A stretch of 64,000 bases of DNA from Candidatus Wolfebacteria bacterium RIFOXYB1_FULL_54_12 (GTDB taxonomy: Bacteria > Patescibacteriota > Minisyncoccia > UBA6257 > UBA9933), in NCBI GenBank assembly GCA_001793895.1, contig MGIT01000001.1, positions 106,508-170,507 of the forward strand, given 5' to 3'. A model generated the notes under the pieces. The model saw only the letters and a list, made by a program, of their open reading frames with translations, did no database searches and was not told where the DNA came from. Shown here in pieces: positions 35,900 to 44,015 of the stretch (the first letter of the stretch is position 1; each line of letters begins with the position of its first letter). A program made the translations under genes and the position numbers.

Positions 35900-36940
35900 T
35901 TACGCCGCCGTAGCGCGGCGCCCCGCGACCACAGCCGCACTAAGAACGCGAATGAATTTGTCGGAAAATACCAACAGTTCGCCCGCAAGGTTCTTGTCGC
36001 TTGCGTCGCGACGGAACGATGAGAGGGAAATCCACGTCCCCTTGTGTTCGTTCATCCACGCCAACGTGCCGGCGCCCTTGCCGATCTTGATGATCGTCAT
36101 CTCGCCACCCTTGCCGATCTTTTTCTGTTCGACAGCGACGAGCGCCGCTCCGGCGCGGAAGACCTTTCCCTTGACCTCCCGATGGGGGAGGTTGAGGACG
36201 TAGGTTCCGACAATGCCTTTCCGCATATTGCCAAGATCGGCCTCTCCACTTTGCAGGATGTGGTCGATCTCGGCCTGCTCGGCCTTGCCGTCGTTTTTCT
36301 TGACAGCGCCGATGAACTTGCGCAACTCCGCTTCGAGCGCGCGTTGCGGGGCACCGGTGTGGACCGACAGATATGCCTTCTTGGCATAGAACAAGGTCCC
36401 CGAGGGGTACTTGTTGTCGGCAACACGGAAAGCCTGCTTCTCGGCATCGGTCGGTTCGCGGAACCGTCCGATCTCCACGGCACGCGCCAGAAAAGCGAGC
36501 GCGTTTTCTGCGCTGGCCACGCCAGAGCGGATCTCTTCAATGAAGAGCGCGAACCGCAAAGACTTCTGCAGCTCTTCATCGCCCGCGCCGAGGATCTTTT
36601 CCTCCTCGGCCTTGAGCTTCTTAAGCTCGGCGACATCACTGGAAGTCAGCATGCCACCACGCTCCTTGACCAGATTGATCTGGAGCTGGCGGGCGCGGAT
36701 CATAATGATCTTCTGCGCCGCCTTTTGGGCATACGCGCTACGCCCGCGCGCTTCCTTGATCTGCTCCTCAATGTCGTCATCACTGACGACCGCCACCTGA
36801 ATGGCGTCGAGGTCGGGCAGAACGGGTTTTACTTTTTCCTTGCTCCTCTTTGCGAGGGCAAGTTCAAACTGCTGGGCAAGCGGGGCGGTAAGTTTCTTGG
36901 TGGGGCCTTGGGGATCGGTTGATGCGGTTGATGCGTTCAT
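35900..36940 (-). CDS. Hypothetical protein (346 aa), visibly GC-richer than its neighbours
   Basis: A GGAGG lies 8 nt upstream of the ATG. The sequence is helical and charged. No family was recognised. Long shadow ORFs on other frames are typical of high GC. Confidence 0.65.
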   Translation of the reverse strand: MNASTASTDPQGPTKKLTAPLAQQFELALAKRSKEKVKPVLPDLDAIQVAVVSDDDIEEQIKEARGRSAYAQKAAQKIIMIRARQLQINLVKERGGMLTSSDVAELKKLKAEEEKILGAGDEELQKSLRFALFIEEIRSGVASAENALAFLARAVEIGRFREPTDAEKQAFRVADNKYPSGTLFYAKKAYLSVHTGAPQRALEAELRKFIGAVKKNDGKAEQAEIDHILQSGEADLGNMRKGIVGTYVLNLPHREVKGKVFRAGAALVAVEQKKIGKGGEMTIIKIGKGAGTLAWMNEHKGTWISLSSFRRDASDKNLAGELLVFSDKFIRVLSAAVVAGRRATAA

Positions 36941-37070
36941 CGTTCTTCCTCCGTTGTTTTTCTTCCAAACTTCCTTGGTTTCTTCCTGTAAACAACATTC
37001 CGATAATTAGCACTCTCCGATAATTCACCTCCTTGGTATATGGTTTTGTAAACGAACTGCGTATATTTAA

Positions 37071-37099
37071 ATTAAAGCATATTTGTGGCAATAAGTCAA
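37071..37099 (-). promoter_or_regulatory. Sigma-70-like promoter for the orphan gene
   Basis: On the minus strand the pattern reads TTGACT-17 nt-TTTAAT. The downstream leader carries 2x AATTATCGGA and 2x ACCAAGGA. Confidence 0.5.
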
Positions 37100-37115
37100 T
37101 ACCGCCAAAAAACGC

Positions 37116-37658
37116 TTAGAATGGCCCAAAATTGAAGGTCGCCCGTTCCGGCTCGTCGCTCCCCCACTGCGGAACCAACAAATAGCCCTGCGCGCGGGCA
37201 AGCTCATATAGATCTTTTGTTATGCGCACATCGTGCAAACAATAATCGGCAAGCTCCTCCAGCCTGCCCTCGCGATACATCACCGGAGCCTCAAGGCTAT
37301 GGTGCGTTTTTTGCGTTCCCAAATTTATTTTTGCCAAAAGATCCAAGCTGATCCGTCTTCCTAATTGCATTTCAATGTCATCGAGCAGATCGATGCGCGG
37401 CACGCCGAACAGGTTGAACTTGCAGTGCTTATTCAATACGGGAATGTCGAATCGGGTAATACTGAACCCGATGATGCATTCGGCATCGCGTAACAGTTCA
37501 CTGCATTCGATCATGTGGTGCTCGTCGAACGAAATATATTTGTCTTGCGCGTAGGAAAAAAGACCCACCACGGAAACCTGCAGGTCGTTGAAATTATCCC
37601 GCCCCACCTCGGCGAGCGTATTTTTTGTCTCGATGTCGAAAACGATAAAGTCGCGCAT
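37116..37658 (-). CDS. DEDD-type 3'-5' exonuclease (RNase H-like superfamily)
   Basis: Exo motifs seen: FDIETK, GFSITRFDIPVL and YCLHDV. The ATG at 37658 is preferred; the longer ORF reads through a repeat. Confidence 0.75.
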   Translation of the reverse strand: MRDFIVFDIETKNTLAEVGRDNFNDLQVSVVGLFSYAQDKYISFDEHHMIECSELLRDAECIIGFSITRFDIPVLNKHCKFNLFGVPRIDLLDDIEMQLGRRISLDLLAKINLGTQKTHHSLEAPVMYREGRLEELADYCLHDVRITKDLYELARAQGYLLVPQWGSDEPERATFNFGPF

Positions 37659-37668
37659 ACATAAAAAT

Positions 37669-37699
37669 AACCTATGACCCATAACCAACAACCCATAAC
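37669..37699. repeat. GGTTAT-type repeat (reverse orientation)
   Basis: aacctatgacccataaccaacaacccataac. Confidence 0.75.
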
Positions 37700-37741
37700 A
37701 AAAGAAATCGGGATGCAAGGGTGAAACAGAAAGCAAACATA

Positions 37742-37846
37742 TGTCATCCTGATCCGTCAGCCGACGGATTCAGGATCTCCCCGCAAAAACACGAGATTCC
37801 GGCTCCCCGTATCGTGGTACGGGGCAGGCTCCGGGCCAGAATGACA
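37742..37846. repeat. GTCAT-hairpin cluster
   Basis: tgtcatcctgatccgtcagccgacggattcaggatc...gagattccggctccccgtatcgtggtacggggcaggctccgggccagaatgaca. Confidence 0.85.
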
Positions 37847-37865
37847 ACACATAAGAGTCGATACC

Positions 37866-38825
37866 TTACTTAATACCCCTCTTAAGCACTGTTGTCAATT
37901 TTTTCAATTGCGCATCATAGGTGGCCTTGTCGCGCGCTTCCACATTTAACCGAACTAACGATTCGGTATTGGAAAGCCGCACGTTGAACCACCAATCGGG
38001 ATCGGCAAAGTCCATGGCAATGCCATCGATCTTCGATATAGCCTTTGCGTCTTTTTTATATGTCCGTTCTATGTGCGCAAACAATCCGGCGGGCGCAATG
38101 GAAGACGAAACAGGGACATTGATCTCCGGCGACCGATACGTTTCCGGCAAGAGGTCTACGAATTCCGACAGCGCATACGGCAATCGCGCAAGCGCGTTCA
38201 GCACCGCGACGGCCGCCATGATGCCCGAATCGCAATAAAAAAAGTTTTTAAAATAATAGTGCCCCGATCGCTCGCACCCGAATTCGGCGCCATTTTTCCG
38301 CATGGCGTGTTTCATGGCGTAATGCCCTGTCTTGCCCGCAATGCGTTTTGCGCCAAGCAGCGACTCGTCCCGAGTGAAATCGAGGGATTGCCGACGCACA
38401 AGCCATCCGTCTTTTGCATCGGTCACAAATCGATTCGGACGCAAGGACCACAGCAACAGATACGCCACGACATCCGGGTCCACAAAACGACCCTTGTCGT
38501 CGACGAAGAAAACACGGTCTCCATCCGCATCAAAGATGACACCTATATCGGCACCATTGGAAACAACGCTCTTTTGTAACGCGCGCAACGAACCGGCATG
38601 CAACGGATCCGGCGCATGATTCGGGAAGTTCCCATCAGGCTGACCATTCAAAATAGCCCATTCCCTTTTTTCCTTTTTCCTTTTTCCTTTTTCCCTGAGT
38701 GCCTCCATGATCGGCCCTGTAGCCCCGCTGGAACAATCAAAAACAACATCAAGCGTTTTTGCATCGTCGCGCAAAAACCCGTTCAAAAACGAAACATATT
38801 CATCGACAAAGGGTGAGGTATTCAT
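37866..38825 (-). CDS. Phosphomannomutase/phosphoglucomutase family protein lacking N-terminal domain I (possible gene remnant)
   Basis: Present: the metal loop FDADGDR, the sugar loop GCERSGH and the phosphate-binding VRLSNTESLVRLNVEA. No TASHNP-type phosphoserine loop is seen. The ORF starts where domain II normally begins. Confidence 0.7.
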   Translation of the reverse strand: MNTSPFVDEYVSFLNGFLRDDAKTLDVVFDCSSGATGPIMEALREKGKRKKEKREWAILNGQPDGNFPNHAPDPLHAGSLRALQKSVVSNGADIGVIFDADGDRVFFVDDKGRFVDPDVVAYLLLWSLRPNRFVTDAKDGWLVRRQSLDFTRDESLLGAKRIAGKTGHYAMKHAMRKNGAEFGCERSGHYYFKNFFYCDSGIMAAVAVLNALARLPYALSEFVDLLPETYRSPEINVPVSSSIAPAGLFAHIERTYKKDAKAISKIDGIAMDFADPDWWFNVRLSNTESLVRLNVEARDKATYDAQLKKLTTVLKRGIK

Positions 38826-38874
38826 GCTTAAATATTGACTAATCCAGGAAAGTAGCCTACGATTACTTATATCA

Positions 38875-39414
38875 CTACGAAAAAGACCCTTGCAAGGTTC
38901 CGTCCTTGCCGGGGGCTTTTTTATTTAGTTCTATTTTATGCCGCACATCATGGCAATACACGATCGGCGCATCCGTTCGCTTCAACAGGATCGAGCACTT
39001 CTCGACCTTGCTCGGAGAAATAACCACTTCTAACTTTTCTTTCGTCTGCAAAAATTTTACCAGCCCGGCGTAATCACCATCGCTCGTGACAAGGACTTGT
39101 TTGTCGCAATTATTCTCAAATGCATCTACTGACGATTGCAATACGAGATCGGCATCGCAATTTCCCTTAGCCTCGCCCGAGCCATTATAAACGACCTCCT
39201 TGAATATCAATGTAAAGCCTGCCTTTTGCAAAGCGGTATAAAGATCTTTTTGCTTGGGAACAAGCCCTATAAAATAATACGCACAAACAACGCCATACTT
39301 ATCCGAAAGCCACCTTCTTAAGCGATACATGTCAACGCTCCAGCCGTCATTGCCCGTTCCGCGATACAAATTATTCCCGTCAATATACGCAAAATTTTTC
39401 TTGTAGCGATTCAT
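38875..39414 (-). CDS. NYN-domain (LabA-like) putative ribonuclease
   Basis: It contains FAYIDGNNLYRG and LVTSDGDYAGLV. The ATG at 39414 gives 179 aa. Confidence 0.75.
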   Translation of the reverse strand: MNRYKKNFAYIDGNNLYRGTGNDGWSVDMYRLRRWLSDKYGVVCAYYFIGLVPKQKDLYTALQKAGFTLIFKEVVYNGSGEAKGNCDADLVLQSSVDAFENNCDKQVLVTSDGDYAGLVKFLQTKEKLEVVISPSKVEKCSILLKRTDAPIVYCHDVRHKIELNKKAPGKDGTLQGSFS

Positions 39415-39500
39415 GCCATACTCAGTATACCAAAAATAAAACCAAAGCCCCATGTCAAACTCAAAAACCAATCGTAAAAAATAGCACCCCCACGCTCATC

Positions 39501-39536
39501 TGGTGTCCAAAATGACGATCGTCATTTTGGACACCA
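39501..39536. repeat. Perfect 36-bp palindrome upstream of the NYN gene
   Basis: The sequence tggtgtccaaaatgacga|tcgtcattttggacacca has no spacer and no mismatch. Confidence 0.95.
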
Positions 39537-39566
39537 AATTGAATTGTAGGTCTCGATACTATGCAA

Positions 39567-39597
39567 TAAAAAAAGCCACGGGATGTCCGTGGCTTTT
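39567..39597 (-). terminator. Terminator after the 112-aa gene
   Basis: The structure is gccacgg-gatgt-ccgtggc with a T-run on the minus strand. Confidence 0.7.
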
Positions 39598-39618
39598 GCG
39601 CAATGGAACGTCGACACC

Positions 39619-39957
39619 TTATTCATGCATGTCGGATAAAAACCCTTCTGAGTAATTAGCAGGCTTAGGCATCATTTTGGTCGCCTCCGCCATAAGCTCC
39701 TCGATCAACTGCCCAAGAAACAAATAGCACGCGTTCATATCGGTCCCGTCGGAAGGCATGGCGGTGCGAATCTCTGACAAATGACGCGCCGCGACGACAA
39801 GATATTCCGCCGACTGCCATTCCGACATGCGCAGCAGATTCCCAAGCTCGAAAAGTTCTTTTTCATGCGCCTGCGATACACGCACCCGCTGTGCCTTCGC
39901 TTTCATCAGCTTGATAACCCCGAGATACAACGGCAACTTCCCTTCGATTGTATGCAT
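39619..39957 (-). CDS. Hypothetical all-helical protein (112 aa)
   Basis: This is an ORF with a downstream terminator. No family was recognised. Confidence 0.55.
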   Translation of the reverse strand: MHTIEGKLPLYLGVIKLMKAKAQRVRVSQAHEKELFELGNLLRMSEWQSAEYLVVAARHLSEIRTAMPSDGTDMNACYLFLGQLIEELMAEATKMMPKPANYSEGFLSDMHE

Positions 39958-40116
39958 ACCGGCTCCTCCTTTCTGCGCTAATGATGAATAATGGAATAGT
40001 ACTAAGCCCAGTAAAGCGCATAGTGGAAGAACTTGTCAAATCCCGTAACCTACAAAAAATCGGAACATCTGTCCCGATTTTTAACATTATACAACCCTCC
40101 TATATCTTATGAAGCG

Positions 40117-40199
40117 CCAAACGGGGACATGGTCCGGAAACCCAAACGGAAGCGCAGCGCGAAGCGCGTGAGCGGGTTGACGGGCATGTCCTCGTTTGG
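40117..40199 (-). other. GC-rich 83-nt structured element directly after the mreB stop
   Basis: A 15-bp closing stem (ccaaacggggacatg / catgtcctcgtttgg, one G-U pair) encloses a 53-nt GC-rich core. A separate terminator follows at about 40055-40082. Confidence 0.4.
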
Positions 40200-40211
40200 G
40201 CGCCCCCACAC

Positions 40212-41219
40212 TTAACGCTTATTCAACAGCGTCCGCTTGTACACATCCAAATGGGTCAATATAAGCCCAGCGCCTTTTGCCACACAGAACAGCGGCTCTT
40301 CGGCGACATAGGCATTCACGCCCAACATGCGCTTCAGGAAGTCGGCCAAATACGGGATTTGCGCTCCGCCACCGGAAATGATAATACCTTTTTCCATGAC
40401 ATCAGCGACCAGTTCGGGCGGCGTTTCATTGAACACGTTCTGTACTTCACTTGCAATGTCGAGCAGGTACGGATGGATCGCTTCTGCGACCTCGTTCGAT
40501 GTGACCATGATATCTTTCGGCAATCCGGTAATAAGGTCGCGCCCGCGCACTTCCATAGTGCGCTTGTCTTTGGTCGTCAATGCGGAACCGATCTGGATCT
40601 TGATCGCTTCGGATGTTTGCTGTCCTATGGAAAGCGAATATTTTTTCTTGATGTAGTCGACGATGGCCATATCGAACTTGTTTCCCGCCACGCGCAAGCT
40701 CGCCCATGACACGATGCCGCCCAGCGAAACAACCGCAGTTTCGGTAGTACCGCCGCCGATATTGATGATCATGTTGCCCGCATGGGAATTGATCGGAATG
40801 CCCGCGCCCAATGCGGCGAGCATCGGTTCACGCACGATATAGGCTTCGCGTGCGCCCGCTTCCTTTGCGGCATTGATCACCGCGCGGCGTTCCGTTTGCG
40901 TAATGCCGGCCGGGACGGAAATGACGATGTCCGGCTTAAACACGTTAAATGACCCGATGGCCTTGTTGATGAAATATTTCAACATCGCCTTGGTAATATA
41001 GTAGTCGGCGATGACACCATCACGTAACGGCTGATAGGCCACAATGTCGCTCGGCGTTCTGCCGATCATTTCCTTTGCCTCCCTGCCGACGGCAAGCACC
41101 GTATTGTCGGGCGCGCTCAACGCAACGATGGTCGGTTCGTTAATGACAAATCCCTTCCCTTCCACAAATACGATGGTATTTGCGGTTCCCAAATCGATTC
41201 CAATTTTTCGTGTAAACAT
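40212..41219 (-). CDS. mreB: Rod-shape-determining protein MreB
   Basis: It contains IGIDLGTANTIVF, NIGGGTTE and IISGGGA. Confidence 0.93.
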   Translation of the reverse strand: MFTRKIGIDLGTANTIVFVEGKGFVINEPTIVALSAPDNTVLAVGREAKEMIGRTPSDIVAYQPLRDGVIADYYITKAMLKYFINKAIGSFNVFKPDIVISVPAGITQTERRAVINAAKEAGAREAYIVREPMLAALGAGIPINSHAGNMIINIGGGTTETAVVSLGGIVSWASLRVAGNKFDMAIVDYIKKKYSLSIGQQTSEAIKIQIGSALTTKDKRTMEVRGRDLITGLPKDIMVTSNEVAEAIHPYLLDIASEVQNVFNETPPELVADVMEKGIIISGGGAQIPYLADFLKRMLGVNAYVAEEPLFCVAKGAGLILTHLDVYKRTLLNKR

Positions 41220-41354
41220 GCGATTATTTCTTAAAAACGGGCTGATGCATAACGCAAAATCACCCGCGATATACTTGGTTATACTACTCGATACTACCCT
41301 TTTTTCCCCGATTGCACAAATCGCTCCCTCCTGCGCAGAAATTAAAAACGATCG

Positions 41355-42653
41355 TCAATCAACCCGCCGTATATCCGCCCCGATAGCACGCAATCGGGTA
41401 TCAAGATCTTCGTATCCCCGATCGATCTCTTCAATCCCCTCGATAGTCGATTCACCTTCGGCAACCAATGCGGCGATCATGTGCGCCATGCCGGCACGCA
41501 AATCGCGCACCTTGAGCGTGATGCCGGTAAGCGGCGTAGGCCCGGAAACAATGGCGCTATGCGGATGTCCTTGCCCATTATAACGACACGGCAGTTCGCC
41601 TAAACATTTGGAGAAGACTGCGATGTTCGCCCCCATAGCCCTCAATTCTTCAGCATAGCCAAATCGATCCTCATAGACGGTCTCGTGTATGACGGACGTA
41701 CCCACTGCTTGCGTCAACAAAATCAAAAATGGCTGTTGCCAATCGGTCATGAATCCGGGGTGCGTATCGGTTTCCACTTCGCTTGCCACCAGTCCATCTT
41801 TACGGAAAAAGGTAATGCCGTCGTCTTCGATACGGTACTCCCCGCCGATCTTGCGGACCGCATTCAAAAATGTGATCAGATCTTTTTGCACGGCGTTCTT
41901 TACTGTTACCTCGTTGCCCGGAAACGCCAGCCCAAGACAGGCGAACGAAACCGCCTCGTTGCGGTCGGGAAGAATGCGATGGCGCGCGCCATGCATTTTT
42001 TTGACGCCTTCAATATAAATCGTACGGTCGGAACCAAGTCCGATGATCGCGCCCATTTTTTGCAAAAGCAAAATAATGTCCATGATCTCGGGCTCGACGG
42101 CCGCGTTATGAATGACCGTGCGCCCCTTCGCCAACACGGATGCCAGTATAATATTTTCCGTGGCACCGACACTCGGATAACGCAGCGTGATCGTCGCGCC
42201 TGTCAATCCGTTCGGAGCGCTGGCGTAGAAAAATTTGTCGTCATGCGTGATCTCGGCGCCGAGCTGCTTCAATCCGTCGAGATGAATGTCGACCGGCCGG
42301 GCGCCGATCTTGTCGCCGCCCAACACGGGAACCTCCGCCTTGCCGACGCGGTTCAACAGCGGCCCAAGCGCAAGGATCGGAATGCGATTTCTGCGGGTCA
42401 ATTGCGTTACCCGATGACTTTTTATATTCGGAGTGCACAGACGCGCAGTGGAGCCGTCAATGGTCACGGTTGCCCCGATATGCTCGCACAGCTCTTTTGT
42501 GATCTCCGTATCTCCTATCGACGGAAAGTTTTCCAGCACGCATTCTTCGTCGGTAAGAAGCGACGCGATCATCATTTTCGTCGTGGCATTTTTCGAACCT
42601 TTGACCTCGATAGTCCCCCGCAATGGCTTCCCTCCGTTGATAATAAACCGCAT
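41355..42653 (-). CDS. murA: UDP-N-acetylglucosamine 1-carboxyvinyltransferase MurA
   Basis: The N-terminus is MRFIINGGKPLRGTIEVKGSKNA. The ATG at 42653 gives 432 aa. Confidence 0.92.
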   Translation of the reverse strand: MRFIINGGKPLRGTIEVKGSKNATTKMMIASLLTDEECVLENFPSIGDTEITKELCEHIGATVTIDGSTARLCTPNIKSHRVTQLTRRNRIPILALGPLLNRVGKAEVPVLGGDKIGARPVDIHLDGLKQLGAEITHDDKFFYASAPNGLTGATITLRYPSVGATENIILASVLAKGRTVIHNAAVEPEIMDIILLLQKMGAIIGLGSDRTIYIEGVKKMHGARHRILPDRNEAVSFACLGLAFPGNEVTVKNAVQKDLITFLNAVRKIGGEYRIEDDGITFFRKDGLVASEVETDTHPGFMTDWQQPFLILLTQAVGTSVIHETVYEDRFGYAEELRAMGANIAVFSKCLGELPCRYNGQGHPHSAIVSGPTPLTGITLKVRDLRAGMAHMIAALVAEGESTIEGIEEIDRGYEDLDTRLRAIGADIRRVD

Positions 42654-42728
42654 GGATTGTTGCTTAATTAGTGTTTTTATACTATAACATATATATTGCA
42701 AACGCAAAAAATTGCACAATAAGACACC

Positions 42729-44015
42729 ATGCCCCATAAGACACGCTTAATCCTTTTCTATCTGTTCGTAGCCGCTTTTCTCATGGGAGGAACCGGGGTG
42801 CTCCTCTACTCATACGGATGGCGATTTTCCACCGAAACAAGGATGTTTCAAAAAATCGGTGCGATCTATATCAAAACGAATGTCCGCGATGCCGCCATTA
42901 CGATAAATGGAAAACCGTACAAGGATGCGTCGGGCATCCTGCAAAGCGGCACGCTCATATCAAATTTACTACCCAAAACATATCGGGTGGAAATTACAAA
43001 AGATGGTTACCATACCTACCGCAAAACCCTTACGGTAAAACCATCGCAGGTAGAGGAGCTGTTGAACGTCCAACTTATTCCAAAAACCCCTGAGTCGGCA
43101 TTCGTGGCGCCAACCAAAGGAACGCGCTTTATCGACGCAACCCGATCGGCGGATAAAATGATCCTGCAAGATGCCGCGACCGGAATCTATTATTTGTACG
43201 ATAAGGCAAACGCGTCCAGCACGCTCAACCTAAGCCTTGCCGCTGCCAATGCACAACGGGGACTAAAGATCAAAAAGGTCATGTTCGTTCCGTTCAAGCC
43301 GACCCAGTTCATCATCGAAGACGCAACCGGCCTCAAGTTGTTCGATTCCGAAAAAAAGACGGTCGAGGTCTTGCTCAAAGGATCGCTCGCCACATGGGGC
43401 ATGCAAGATTCGACGATCGTCGGAGTTGAGCTGGTTGGCACCGGCGCACGACCGCGCACGCAAAAGGCATTCACGCTCAATCTGATCTTCAAGTCAAAGG
43501 CCTTGCTCGATGAATTGAACGCGCGCATGGCAACCACGACCGTCATTACGGCACTGTCCACGACCGGAAGCGGATCAATGGCGTTTTCCGACACGGCATA
43601 TGCGTTGTCTCTATTCGACCCAAAAACAAAGACGATCCGACGCGTTTCAAGCAATGTAACCTCGTTTACATTCTCTCCGGATGGAAAAAAGTTGGCCTTT
43701 GTCGAAGCAACCGGCGAAGCAGGTGTGCTGTTCATCGAAGATTTCAATGGCGACATCCGCAAAAAGGCGGGCGAACTCATTCCTATTACACTGCCACAAG
43801 AAAAACCGGTACAAACCGTTCGCTGGCATAGGGATTCCTATCACCTGTTGATCGAATGGACCGGCGAACTTGCGATCACGGAATTAGACGACCGAAAACC
43901 CCTAAATACATTTCCCCTCATAAGCGGGTTCACCGACTATCGCTATATTGCTGAAAACGATTTTGTTTATTTCATCGACAATAAAGGTATCCATACAATA
44001 CGCATAGAGCGTTAA
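42729..44015 (+). CDS. Membrane-anchored PEGA-domain protein with TolB-like beta-propeller repeats
   Basis: It has an N-terminal TM helix. The PEGA block is RDAAITINGKPY...LPKTYRVEITKDGYHTY. FSPDGKKLAFVE is also present. Confidence 0.7.
   Translation: MPHKTRLILFYLFVAAFLMGGTGVLLYSYGWRFSTETRMFQKIGAIYIKTNVRDAAITINGKPYKDASGILQSGTLISNLLPKTYRVEITKDGYHTYRKTLTVKPSQVEELLNVQLIPKTPESAFVAPTKGTRFIDATRSADKMILQDAATGIYYLYDKANASSTLNLSLAAANAQRGLKIKKVMFVPFKPTQFIIEDATGLKLFDSEKKTVEVLLKGSLATWGMQDSTIVGVELVGTGARPRTQKAFTLNLIFKSKALLDELNARMATTTVITALSTTGSGSMAFSDTAYALSLFDPKTKTIRRVSSNVTSFTFSPDGKKLAFVEATGEAGVLFIEDFNGDIRKKAGELIPITLPQEKPVQTVRWHRDSYHLLIEWTGELAITELDDRKPLNTFPLISGFTDYRYIAENDFVYFIDNKGIHTIRIER

Noticed and set aside
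36044-36922. A 292-aa plus-strand ORF and a 180-aa minus-strand alternate frame
   Set aside because: They are shadows within the GC-rich orphan gene. Only the 35900-36940 frame has an SD sequence, a promoter and a protein-like composition.
41685-42671. A 328-aa plus-strand ORF
   Set aside because: It lies antisense to murA and is Arg/His-rich junk.
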